Shown here: piece by piece, positions 1-8,385 of the stretch
How the letters are laid out: each line of letters starts with the position of its first letter
Position numbering within the stretch: the stretch's first letter is position 1
Source of the DNA: Vicinamibacteria bacterium
GTDB taxonomy: Bacteria > Acidobacteriota > Vicinamibacteria > Marinacidobacterales > Marinacidobacteraceae
DNA: 64,000 bases
Assembly (NCBI GenBank): GCA_965116805.1
Contig: OZ220713.1
Coordinates: 703,887 to 767,886 of the forward strand
Reading direction: 5' to 3'
The notes under the pieces: model-generated
What the model saw: the letters and a program-made list of their open reading frames with translations, nothing else
What the model was told of the DNA's origin: nothing
Database searches by the model: none
Position numbers and translations under genes: made by a program

Positions 1-308
1 ATCCGCCCGTCCGGTCCGTAGCGGAACACCGGGTCCGGATCGTCGCTGACCGCGGTGGTCAGGAAGATCCGGTCGTCCCAGATCACCGGGCTCGAGTGCC
101 CGAGCCCCGGAATCGGGGTCTTCCAGAGGACGTTGTGCCCCGTCTGCGCGTCCCAGAGCGTCGGCGGGTTCTGCCCGTCAGCGACCCCGGAAGCGAGCGG
201 GCCCCGGAACGACGGCCACTGGAACCGGTCCTCGCCGCCCTGCGCGGCCGCCGCCAGCGGCACGAGACACACCGCGGCGACCCCCAGGAAGACCCGCAAA
301 CGCTCCAT
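1..308 (-). CDS. PQQ-binding-like beta-propeller protein (BamB-like family), N-terminal part; continues beyond window start
   Basis: Manual translation from ATG 308: [23 protein letters not shown] (signal peptide), then [39 protein letters not shown], the typical start of this family. Not in the ORF track. Confidence 0.8.
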   Translation of the reverse strand, partial: MERLRVFLGVAAVCLVPLAAAAQGGEDRFQWPSFRGPLASGVADGQNPPTLWDAQTGHNVLWKTPIPGLGHSSPVIWDDRIFLTTAVSDDPDPVFRYGPDGR

Positions 309-384
309 CGGACCGCCCATCGTATCCGGTGGAGGCCCCACCGGAGCCGCCGACTTTCACGGCGGCCTGGTCGCGCACGGGCTT

Positions 385-429
385 GGAACGCCGGCTTCAG
401 CCGGCACCCGCTGCGCGCCAGCGCAGCGG
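385..429 (+). repeat. Two-hairpin REP-like element, copy 1
   Basis: GGAAC-GCCGGCT-TC-AGCCGGC-AC followed directly by hairpin CCGCTGCGC-GCCA-GCGCAGCGG. Confidence 0.8.
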
Positions 430-476
430 AACGGCGTCACGGCCGAAACACCAGAGCGCCCCGCCGCGGGACGATT

Positions 477-515
477 ACAAGTAAAACGTGCTGCGCGATC
501 GCAAGTATTACTTGC
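477..515. promoter_or_regulatory. Candidate tandem palindromic operator
   Basis: Perfect 7-1-7 inverted repeat GCAAGTA-T-TACTTGC (501-515) and an 11/15 copy ACAAGTAAAACGTGC (477-491), in an AT-rich patch upstream of the beta-propeller gene. Confidence 0.5.
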
Positions 516-527
516 ATCGTCTCTGTC

Positions 528-2807
528 CTACTGCCCCGCGCCCATCGCCTCCCGGGCCGCCCGCGCCACGACGTCCCGCGGTGAGGCCATCGCGGCGGCC
601 TCCTCGATGACGGCCACCGCATCGGCGCCGCCCACCTCCCCGAGCGCGGTGACGGCCGCCGCCTGCGCGCGGTAGCTGGAATCGTTACGGAACCGCGCGA
701 TCAGGAACTCCGCTCCCGCCGAGCTGCCCAGCCGGGCGATCGCGGAGGTCCGTACGTCGGACCTCACGTCCCCCGAGGCCGCCGTCCGCAAGGCCTCGGC
801 GTCCGCCGCGTCTTCAGGATCCAGCCCCTCGGCCGCCGCCTGACGAACCGCCCAGAACGCGTCTCCGGCCACCGCGGCCCTGAGCGCCGCCCGCGCCTCC
901 TCGCCGCCCATCGCACCGAGCGCCACCGCCGCCCGGCGCCGTCCGGCGGCGTCGTCGTCCGCGAGCTGGGCCATCCACTCGGCGGCCGGCTTCGTGATGC
1001 TCAGCTCCGCTAGCAGGACATCGTCGGCGTCGAACCGCACGTAGCGGGGTTCCTCGGCGGCCGGGAAGCTGAGGTGCTGTTCCCGCCCCTCGAGCGTGAA
1101 GGGATGGACCTCGGAGCCGGACGCCGTGACCACGCGCACCGAGAGCGGAGCGCGGTACGCCTCCGGCACCGTGCCCATGCTGGCCTCGGGTCCCTGCACC
1201 TGGCGGATGTGCATCTCGACGGAATCCCCGTCCCACGTGGACTCGATCTCGAGCACCGGGTGGCCCGGGCGGCGCAGCCACATGTCGATGAACCAGCGGA
1301 TGTCCTGCCCGGTGGCCTCGGCGAAAGCGGTGATGAAGTCCTCGGTGTCCACCGGCTGGAAGGAGTGCTTCTCGAGGAAGTGCTTTATCCCGGCGCGGAA
1401 CTCCGCGTCCCCGGTGATGTGGCGGAGCAGCCGGATCAGCGCCGCGCCCTTCGGATACGTGTGGGAATCGAAGTTGTCGTTCGGCCGCCGCCACTGGTTG
1501 GTGACCACCGGCCGGAGGACGGTCCGCGCCTGGCGCAGGTAGGACTCGCGCTTCCGGCGCATGTTCTCGCCCGCCTCGGCGGGTCCGAGTTCGTAGGCGT
1601 GCCAGAGGTACTCCGAGTAGGTCCCGAAGCTCTCGGTCAGCCAGGTCTCGCCCCAGTCGCGGTAGGTGGTCAGGTCGCCCCACCAGTGGTGCGCCACCTC
1701 GTGGGCGACGAGGCCGTGGCTCGGGAAGTCCTGCTCGGCGCGCTCGTCGTGGATCGTGCTCTGGCCGAGCACGGTGGCGGTGGTGCTCTCGGCGCCGCCG
1801 CCAATCCCGGGAATGGTGATCTGGTCGTACTTGTTCCACGGATAGGGAACGCCGAACTCCTCGTCGAAGAAGGCCATCATCGCCGTCGTCTTGTGGAAGC
1901 TGCGGTGAGCGTCTTCCACGTCCTTCGGATAGACCCAGTAGTTCACCGGGATGTCGCCGTGGAAGTCCTCGATGACCTCGTAGGGACCGGCGACCAGCAC
2001 CGAGAGATAGGTCGGATGGGGCAGGTCGAGCCGCCAGTGGTGCGTCCGGGTGCCAGGCCGGGATCCCTCGCTGATGCCGATCAGCGCCCCGTTCGAGAGC
2101 ACCTTCCAGTCCTCCCGCACGGTGGCGAGCAGCTCGAAGGTGGACCGGTCCGCCGGGTGGTCCACCGAGGGATACCAGTGGCGGGCGCCCTCCGGGAACG
2201 AGAGGGTGTTGATGAGCTGGGGATTGGCGTCGGTCTCGTCCTTGAAGTCGAGTCCGAGGTCGTAGCTCGCCGGCATCCCGTACCGGGTCGCGTCCACGTC
2301 GATTCCGGACCCGCCGTAGTCGATCTCCAGGACGAGCGTTTCGCCTGCCTCGAGCGGCTCGGCGAGCGCAACCGTGAGCGTTCCGTCCGCGTGGGTGAAG
2401 TCGAGTTCCGTGCCGCCCGCGCGGACCGCGCGGACCTCGTAGGTCTCGGCGTCCAGCGCGACCTCCGAGATGTCCTCTTCGGCCTGCAGGTGGACGTCCA
2501 CCGTCCCGTCCATGCTCTTCGTGGTCTCGTCGAGGTCGAGGGCGACCCGGTAGTGGAGGACGTCGAAGGGCTCGTCGCGCTGCTCCCGGACCGGCCAGCC
2601 GGAGCGGTCCTCGTAGGGCGACTCGGCCGGGGGTGGCGGTTCGGACGCGCATCCGAAACACGAGAGCGCGATCGTAGCGAGCAGCACGTTCCTCGCCCGC
2701 CGGTGGCGGGCGGTGCCGGTCTGAAGACCGGCGCTCCCTTGACTGCAGGCGAGAGAAACGAGAGCGGCCAGCGCCGACGCGCCGGCGATCACCGGATTCC
2801 GATGCAT
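528..2807 (-). CDS. M1 family zinc aminopeptidase with C-terminal HEAT-like repeats, probably exported/lipoprotein
   Basis: HEVAH...WLTE (HEXXH+E), GGAES in place of GAMEN, YPKGA catalytic Tyr motif, Ala-rich helical repeats at the C-terminus. Start position uncertain. Confidence 0.9.
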   Translation of the reverse strand: MHRNPVIAGASALAALVSLACSQGSAGLQTGTARHRRARNVLLATIALSCFGCASEPPPPAESPYEDRSGWPVREQRDEPFDVLHYRVALDLDETTKSMDGTVDVHLQAEEDISEVALDAETYEVRAVRAGGTELDFTHADGTLTVALAEPLEAGETLVLEIDYGGSGIDVDATRYGMPASYDLGLDFKDETDANPQLINTLSFPEGARHWYPSVDHPADRSTFELLATVREDWKVLSNGALIGISEGSRPGTRTHHWRLDLPHPTYLSVLVAGPYEVIEDFHGDIPVNYWVYPKDVEDAHRSFHKTTAMMAFFDEEFGVPYPWNKYDQITIPGIGGGAESTTATVLGQSTIHDERAEQDFPSHGLVAHEVAHHWWGDLTTYRDWGETWLTESFGTYSEYLWHAYELGPAEAGENMRRKRESYLRQARTVLRPVVTNQWRRPNDNFDSHTYPKGAALIRLLRHITGDAEFRAGIKHFLEKHSFQPVDTEDFITAFAEATGQDIRWFIDMWLRRPGHPVLEIESTWDGDSVEMHIRQVQGPEASMGTVPEAYRAPLSVRVVTASGSEVHPFTLEGREQHLSFPAAEEPRYVRFDADDVLLAELSITKPAAEWMAQLADDDAAGRRRAAVALGAMGGEEARAALRAAVAGDAFWAVRQAAAEGLDPEDAADAEALRTAASGDVRSDVRTSAIARLGSSAGAEFLIARFRNDSSYRAQAAAVTALGEVGGADAVAVIEEAAAMASPRDVVARAAREAMGAGQ
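2694..2738 (-). repeat. Two-hairpin REP-like element, copy 2 (in frame within the aminopeptidase N-terminus)
   Basis: Minus strand GGGAGC-GCCGGTCT-TC-AGACCGGC-AC + CGCCCGCC-ACC-GGCGGGCG. Confidence 0.85.
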
Positions 2808-2829
2808 AGCGGGGACCTCCCCGGGACGG

Positions 2830-4800
2830 TCAGCGATTCAGGTCGATGTCCACGCCGATGTGGACGGCGCGGGGGGTGCCCAGTGTCTCGATGGGGGTGC
2901 GGGCCGAGATGATCTCGGCGTCGAGGAGGTTCTCGCCGGCCAGAAAGACGTGGAGCCGGTCGTTCACCGGGTAGGAGACGCGGAGCCCGACCGAGACGAA
3001 CCCTTCCATCGCCAGCTCGTTCCGGTCGTCCTCGAACTGGTCGCCCATGAAGCGCAGGTCGGCGCGCACCGAAACGGGGCCGTGCCAGGCGCCGCCCACG
3101 ACGCCCTGGTGGAACGGGACCTGCGGAAGACGAAGGCCCGTCTCCTCCACCTTGGAAACGGAGAACAGGTAGGCCGCGAAGAACTCGGTGTTCGGGTCGG
3201 GGTACACGTAGACCTCGGTCTCGAACCCGCGCGCCCGGGAGCGTCCGATGTTCTGCCGCTGGCGGAAAACACCCTCGTCGTTCACCTCGAGGGTGACGTT
3301 CCCCACCGTGTCGCGCATCCAGTTCCAGTAGAAGTTCCCGCGCACCAGCATCCGCTCGGTCGGATAGAAGTCGAGACCCCCTTCGGCTCCGTAGAGGGAC
3401 TCCTCGCCGAGCTGATCGTTCGCGGCGACCCGCACGTTCCCGACCCGGAAGGGCCGATAGAGCTCGTTCAGCGAGGGCGCGCGGAAGCCGCGGTAGGCGG
3501 AAGCGCGGAGCGTCGTGGTCGGGAGCACGTGGTAGCGAACCCCGAGACGGGGGTTCAGGCTGGCCTTGGAGCCGGCGTTCTGCCAGACGTCCACCCGGCC
3601 GTCGGCGAGCACCTCGAGGCTCGGCATCAACTCCAGCCGCTTCTGCACGAAGGCGCCGAGCCGGTTCTGGGAGTGGTCACCCCACGAGGTGCGCATCCAG
3701 TCGGCGCCCGCCTGCAGTCCCTCCGCGATCCGGGTGGTGAAGACGCCGCCCACGCCGGAGTACTCGAACATCTGCTGCGCGGTGGGCCTTTCCTCGTTGC
3801 GGCCGGCGAGGATGCGCGAGAAGTCGCTGTTCAGCCGGGAGTCCTGGCCGAACAGGCGCAGGTCCCAGTTGTCCTGGGTGATCCCTCCCTCCAGCATCAC
3901 CAGCCGGGAGCTGTTGATCTGGATCGGGGTGCCGTTGCGGCGGTCTTCCGAGTAGTAGTTGATCGAGAAGTGGACCGGCCCGGACGTGGCGCGGCCGACC
4001 ATGGACCGGAAGTCCACCCCGGCCGGCTGGTCGACGGCCCCCCGCTCCGCTTCCCGGATGCGGTGATAGCCCTCGCTGTTCAGCATCCGCGCCGCGCCGA
4101 CCACGGAGATGCCGTCGGCCTCGTGGGACCCGAGCACTTCCGCGTCCTGGATCCCGAAGCTGCCCAGCTGCGCCCGCGCCCGCAGGATGCCCGGTTCCGG
4201 ACCCCGCGAGAAGAGCTGCACCGTTCCGCCGAGCGCCGAACTCCCGTAGAGGGGGCTGGCGGCGCCGCGCGCCACCTCGATGCGGTCGAGGAACAGCGTC
4301 GGCATCCGGTTCCAGTAGACCCAGTTGCCGAAGGGGTCGTTGAGCGGAATCCCGTCCCACAGGACCAGCGTGCGGCTCGCCCCGCTCGGCCCGATTCCCC
4401 GGAGGGAGACCCCGGTGGTGGTCGGATGCGAGATGAAGCTGGTGTTCCGCCGGAAGAGGCCGAATCCCGGCACGCGGCTGAGCGCCTCGTCCACCAGCGT
4501 GCCCGGCGAGTTCGAGAGCTCCTCGCTGTCCAACGCGGTCACCAGCGCGATCGAGTCCACGATCGCCTCTGCGCCGCGGGTCGCGGTCACGACCACGGTT
4601 TCGGCGTGGGTCGGGCGATCGGTCTCTTTCTGGTCCTCCTCCTGGGCGTCCGCCGCTTCGACTTCCTGGAATTCGGGCGGGCGGTTCTCGTCCGCGAGGG
4701 CGCCCACCGGAATCGACAGCGACAGCGAAAACCCGGCTAGGAAGAGGCGCCGAAGGGGGCAGCTCGGCACGGAAGGAGAGGAAACGTCGGGGCGATCCAT
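2830..4800 (-). CDS. TonB-dependent outer-membrane receptor
   Basis: Signal peptide, TonB-box-like ETVVVTATR, plug motif LRGIG..RTLVLWDGIPLND, RIEVARGAASPLYGSSALGGTV, LRAPSLNELY, NLLD, amphipathic C-terminal strand. ORF trimmed to ATG 4800. Confidence 0.9.
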   Translation of the reverse strand: MDRPDVSSPSVPSCPLRRLFLAGFSLSLSIPVGALADENRPPEFQEVEAADAQEEDQKETDRPTHAETVVVTATRGAEAIVDSIALVTALDSEELSNSPGTLVDEALSRVPGFGLFRRNTSFISHPTTTGVSLRGIGPSGASRTLVLWDGIPLNDPFGNWVYWNRMPTLFLDRIEVARGAASPLYGSSALGGTVQLFSRGPEPGILRARAQLGSFGIQDAEVLGSHEADGISVVGAARMLNSEGYHRIREAERGAVDQPAGVDFRSMVGRATSGPVHFSINYYSEDRRNGTPIQINSSRLVMLEGGITQDNWDLRLFGQDSRLNSDFSRILAGRNEERPTAQQMFEYSGVGGVFTTRIAEGLQAGADWMRTSWGDHSQNRLGAFVQKRLELMPSLEVLADGRVDVWQNAGSKASLNPRLGVRYHVLPTTTLRASAYRGFRAPSLNELYRPFRVGNVRVAANDQLGEESLYGAEGGLDFYPTERMLVRGNFYWNWMRDTVGNVTLEVNDEGVFRQRQNIGRSRARGFETEVYVYPDPNTEFFAAYLFSVSKVEETGLRLPQVPFHQGVVGGAWHGPVSVRADLRFMGDQFEDDRNELAMEGFVSVGLRVSYPVNDRLHVFLAGENLLDAEIISARTPIETLGTPRAVHIGVDIDLNR

Positions 4801-4860
4801 AGGCCGCGCGCGATGATAACGGGCGAAAGGCTGTCCGGCGGCGGGGCCATACTCCGCACG

Positions 4861-5631
4861 ATGCGCAGCGGGACGGCCCCCGGCACCACGGTCGGTGCCG
4901 CCCGCCGGCTGGTCGCGGGCGCTTCGCGCATCGTAGGCTTCACCGGCGCCGGCATCTCGACCGAATCGGGGGTCCCGGACTTCCGCAGCCCGGGCGGGGT
5001 GTGGGCCGAGAACCGGATCGTGGACTTCCAGGAGTTCGTCTCCAGCGAGGAGGGACGGATCGAGTACTGGCGGCAAAAGAGCATCGGCTGGCCCGCCATG
5101 CGCGACGCGCAGCCAAACGCCGGGCACCACGCCTTCTTCGAGCTCCACCGCCAGGGCCGGCTCGACGCACTGATCACCCAGAACATCGAGCGACTGCACC
5201 AGCGCTCGGGGATCCCCGCGGAGAAGGTCTTCGAGCTGCACGGCACCACCACCGAGGCGGCATGCCTGACCTGCGGCGACCGCATCAGCTCCGACGAAGC
5301 GTGCCGTCGGATCGAGGCCGGCGAGAAGGCGCCGCGCTGCCGCGAGTGCGGCGGGTTCCTCAAGCCGGCGACGATCTCCTTCGGCCAGGCGATGCCGCAG
5401 GAGGTCGTGGAGCAGTCGGTGGCGGCGGCCGAGGCGTGCGACCTGATGCTCGCGGTGGGGTCGTCGCTGGTGGTGGAGCCGGCCGCGTCGATCCCGCGGG
5501 TGGCCAGGTTCGCGGGGGCGCGCCTGGTCATCGTCAACCGGGACCCGACCCCGCTCGACCGCATCGCCGACGCGGTGGTACGCGGCGAGATCGGCGCGGT
5601 GCTGCCGGAACTGGTGCGGCTGGACGGATAG
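4861..5631 (+). CDS. cobB: Sir2-family NAD-dependent protein deacylase
   Basis: GAGISTESGVPDFRS, TQNI(E)RLHQ, ELHG, two CxxC, KPATISFG, GSSLVV. Start could be 4813. Confidence 0.92.
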   Translation: MRSGTAPGTTVGAARRLVAGASRIVGFTGAGISTESGVPDFRSPGGVWAENRIVDFQEFVSSEEGRIEYWRQKSIGWPAMRDAQPNAGHHAFFELHRQGRLDALITQNIERLHQRSGIPAEKVFELHGTTTEAACLTCGDRISSDEACRRIEAGEKAPRCRECGGFLKPATISFGQAMPQEVVEQSVAAAEACDLMLAVGSSLVVEPAASIPRVARFAGARLVIVNRDPTPLDRIADAVVRGEIGAVLPELVRLDG

Positions 5632-5634
5632 CGG

Positions 5635-5705
5635 GCACGGACCACCTCATCCGGGTTGTCCCGGACGATCAGCCGGATCGGGACGTTCGTGTCAAGAGCG
5701 CGAAT
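5635..5705 (-). pseudogene. Remnant of a VapC/PIN-domain toxin (about 23 codons)
   Basis: (I)RALDTNVPIRLIVRDNPDEVVRAR matches the PIN N-terminal xDTNVL motif. It overlaps the antitoxin stop, has ATT where ATG is expected, and similarity ends at the cobB stop. Confidence 0.7.
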
Positions 5706-5952
5706 GCCGGCGCCGCAAGTGGATCCCAACCCCTACGTCCATCTCTTCGACGCACTTCCGTTCGGGCGGCGACGGGAAGACGGCCTGGTGGATCTCCAGC
5801 GACGAGTACTTGGTCGCCCGCCGGAAAAGCACTTCGGATTCCCGCTCGCACCACTCCACAGTGGAACCCGGCGTCAGGCCCAGCTTGCGCCGGATCCGCG
5901 CGGGGATGGACACCCGGCCCTGGGAGGTGATCCGGGATTGAACATTCTTCAT
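5692..5952 (-). CDS. AbrB/MazE/SpoVT-family DNA-binding protein (antitoxin)
   Basis: MKNVQSRITSQGRVSIPARIRRKLGLTPGSTVEW is a classic swapped-hairpin motif. Confidence 0.85.
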   Translation of the reverse strand: MKNVQSRITSQGRVSIPARIRRKLGLTPGSTVEWCERESEVLFRRATKYSSLEIHQAVFPSPPERKCVEEMDVGVGIHLRRRHSRS

Positions 5953-6064
5953 GTGCCGATCTGCGACTCTGCCCTCCGCGCCATCGTCGTTCTCACTACC
6001 CCCGTGAGTCAAGAGCGCCGGCTGGGCCGGGTGCTCTTCCCGCCAGCGAACTGCGAGTGGCGGA

Positions 6065-6793
6065 CTACCCGGTTTTCACGACCTCCTCTACGAACCGGCG
6101 GAGCAGGCCCGCCGCGCCCGGGGTCTCGGGGGTCATGGCGCGGAGTTCTTCGATCGAGCGGGCGCCGGTAAGCGGGAGGTAGGGGGGGTAGGCGGCGATC
6201 CGCTGGATGAGGTCCTCCTTCATCAGTTCAGGATGAAACTGGGTCGCGTAGATCGGCTTCCCCAGGAACTTCAGGGCCTCGTTCTCGATGGTCGAACTGG
6301 AAGCGAGGCTCACCGCGCCCTCCGGCAGCTCGTCCACGATGTCCTCGTGGCCGATGACCACCGGGAACCCGGACCCGATGGGACCGAAGACGGGGTCGCG
6401 TTCCCCCGCTTCCGTCAGGTCCAGCGGCAGCACCCCCACCTCGGCGCGGGCGTGGTCGGTGACCACCCGGCCGCCGAGCGCCTTCGCGAGGCCCTGGAAG
6501 CCCCAGCAGGAGGCGAACGTGGGGATGGAGTGCTCGTGGAGCAGTTCCATCGCCCCGAGCGCGCCGGGAAGCCACGGCCCTCCCCGGACCACCGAGTGGT
6601 CGCCGCTCCCTCCGATGAGCACCGCGTCGGCGGACCGGAGGAGAGATAGCGCCGGCGCGCCCGCGAGCAGGTCGAACACTTCGAGCTGGTCCGGTTCCAA
6701 TCCGAGCGCCCGCCGAAAGGCGAACGTCTCGTTGGCCGCCATGGGGTCGCCCGGCTCGCGCACCTGGAGCAGAAGGAAACGAGGCAGGGTCAC
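6065..6793 (-). CDS. Class I glutamine amidotransferase (GuaA/GATase1-like)
   Basis: IGGSG, ASCWGFQ nucleophile elbow, TQFHPE triad. Start set at GTG 6793. Confidence 0.85.
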   Translation of the reverse strand: MTLPRFLLLQVREPGDPMAANETFAFRRALGLEPDQLEVFDLLAGAPALSLLRSADAVLIGGSGDHSVVRGGPWLPGALGAMELLHEHSIPTFASCWGFQGLAKALGGRVVTDHARAEVGVLPLDLTEAGERDPVFGPIGSGFPVVIGHEDIVDELPEGAVSLASSSTIENEALKFLGKPIYATQFHPELMKEDLIQRIAAYPPYLPLTGARSIEELRAMTPETPGAAGLLRRFVEEVVKTG

Positions 6794-6843
6794 CGGGCGC
6801 AGAGGGTACGGGAACGCGGCGCTCCCGGCGCGTTCCGGTCTCG

Positions 6844-8385
6844 TTACTCCGACGTGTAGCGGCTGAGGAGCGGTTTCCCGGGGAACACGCCCTCGATCAG
6901 CGCGCCGTCCCGCACCACCGGGACGCCGTCCACCACCACGTGGGCCACCCCCTCCGAGAAGGTGAGGTCGTCCTCGAAGGTCGCGGTGTCGATGATGGTG
7001 TCCGGATCGAACACGGTGATGTCGGCGATGGCGCCGATCTGGATACGTCCCTTCCGCCGCATCAGGGGAGCGACCTCCTGGAGCCGCTCGGCCGGCATGA
7101 GCGTGATCTTCTTGAGCGCCTCGTTCAGCGTCATCACCCCCTGGTCGCGCACGTAGCGGCCCAGCACCCGGGAGAAGGTCCCCGCCGAGCGCGGGTGGGC
7201 GCCCGGCGCGTAGGGCATCCCGTCCGAGGCCACCATCACGAACGGGGTGGTGATCGCCAGCTCGATCATCTCGGGATCCATCATGTGCATGATCACCGTG
7301 CCTCCCTCCTGCTGGAAGAAGTTGAACGTCTCCTCGGTGAGGCGCTCCCCGGTGTCCTGCCACTGGATGTCCCCGTAGGTCATCCCGAGCTTCTCCTGCC
7401 AGCCCTCGTCGAAGATCGCCGAGGAGATGCCGGTGGAGGCCGCGGTATACGGATAGGCCTCGGTGGTCACGTCCACCCCGGCATCCCGGGCGCCCTTGAT
7501 CAGGGCGAGGTTGACCGGCAGGTGGTGCAGGCTGGAGCTGTTCAGGTGCACGATGTGGAGCGACGCTCCGGTGGCCGTCGCGTTCGAGATCACCTCCTGG
7601 ATGGCCGAGATGGCCATGTCGCGCACGTGGCAGTAGATGGGTACGTCCAGTTCCGCCGCGAGTTCGAAGACCCGGAAGATCTCGGCGTGGTCGGCGCCCG
7701 GGTAGTACTGGTGGGGCAGGCCGATCCCGAGCCCTCCGGCGCGCATCTCCGCGGCGATGGCCTCGTGCACCGCTTCGGTGTCTTCAACGCCAGCGTAGTT
7801 CGCGTCGCGAAGGAGGTTCGCGTGCTCGATCACCAGTTCGGCGCCCGTGCTCTCGGCGTCGAGGACCCCTTCCGCCACCTCGCTGACATCCGGAATCCCG
7901 AGCAGCCGCAGGCCGCCGTGGGACACCGAGGCCCCGTAGTGGATGATCGCGTTGCCCGTCCGGCTCTCGATGAAGCGGGCGATGCGGGGAACGCCGCCCT
8001 CCAGCTCCAGCGCGGTCGTCACGCCGTCCATCGCCTGGTACTTGTTCGCTTCTTCCGACTGCCCGTGGGCGTGGAGGTCGATGAACCCGGGACTCACCAC
8101 CTTCCCGGCGGCGTCGAGGAGCACCCCGCCCTGCTTCAGCCGGTTCTGGAGCACCTCGCGGGAGATGGCCACGATCTCGTTCCGCACCACCCCCACGTCG
8201 CGCACCGCGTCGAGCCCGGTCTCGGGGTCGATGACCCGGCCTCCGGTGACCACCAGGTCCAGGTCGCGGTCCTGGGCGAAGAGCGCCGCCGGGAGCAGCA
8301 GCGCAAGGAACAACGCGCCGGAACGGCGCCTGAGACGCGAAGACATGGGTCGGGATCTCCTTGTCGCGATCATCTTTGGACTCAT
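6844..8385 (-). CDS. Exported amidohydrolase (D-aminoacylase/dihydroorotase-like)
   Basis: Signal peptide, VVTGGRVIDP, PGFIDLHAH, VASDG, KGRIQIGAIADITVFD. ATG overlaps the upstream stop (ATGA). Confidence 0.85.
   Translation of the reverse strand: MSPKMIATRRSRPMSSRLRRRSGALFLALLLPAALFAQDRDLDLVVTGGRVIDPETGLDAVRDVGVVRNEIVAISREVLQNRLKQGGVLLDAAGKVVSPGFIDLHAHGQSEEANKYQAMDGVTTALELEGGVPRIARFIESRTGNAIIHYGASVSHGGLRLLGIPDVSEVAEGVLDAESTGAELVIEHANLLRDANYAGVEDTEAVHEAIAAEMRAGGLGIGLPHQYYPGADHAEIFRVFELAAELDVPIYCHVRDMAISAIQEVISNATATGASLHIVHLNSSSLHHLPVNLALIKGARDAGVDVTTEAYPYTAASTGISSAIFDEGWQEKLGMTYGDIQWQDTGERLTEETFNFFQQEGGTVIMHMMDPEMIELAITTPFVMVASDGMPYAPGAHPRSAGTFSRVLGRYVRDQGVMTLNEALKKITLMPAERLQEVAPLMRRKGRIQIGAIADITVFDPDTIIDTATFEDDLTFSEGVAHVVVDGVPVVRDGALIEGVFPGKPLLSRYTSE

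Noticed and set aside
2830-4860. Riboswitch (e.g. cobalamin) upstream of the TonB receptor
   Set aside because: The intergenic space is at most 60 bp and has no recognisable aptamer motifs.
4861-5631. Sirtuin NIE (for NID), CocE GLSF (for GxSY) and M1 GGAES (for GAMEN) motif variants
   Set aside because: Conservative single substitutions within normal family variation; no functional claim is supportable.
6012-6030. AGAGCGCCGGCTGGGCCGG, a possible degenerate REP copy
   Set aside because: Short stem and no second hairpin; not counted as a family member.
6810-6836. Hairpin GGAACGCG...CGCGTTCC between the amidohydrolase and GATase genes
   Set aside because: Shares only the GGAACG tag with the REP family, has no U-tract and is a single copy.
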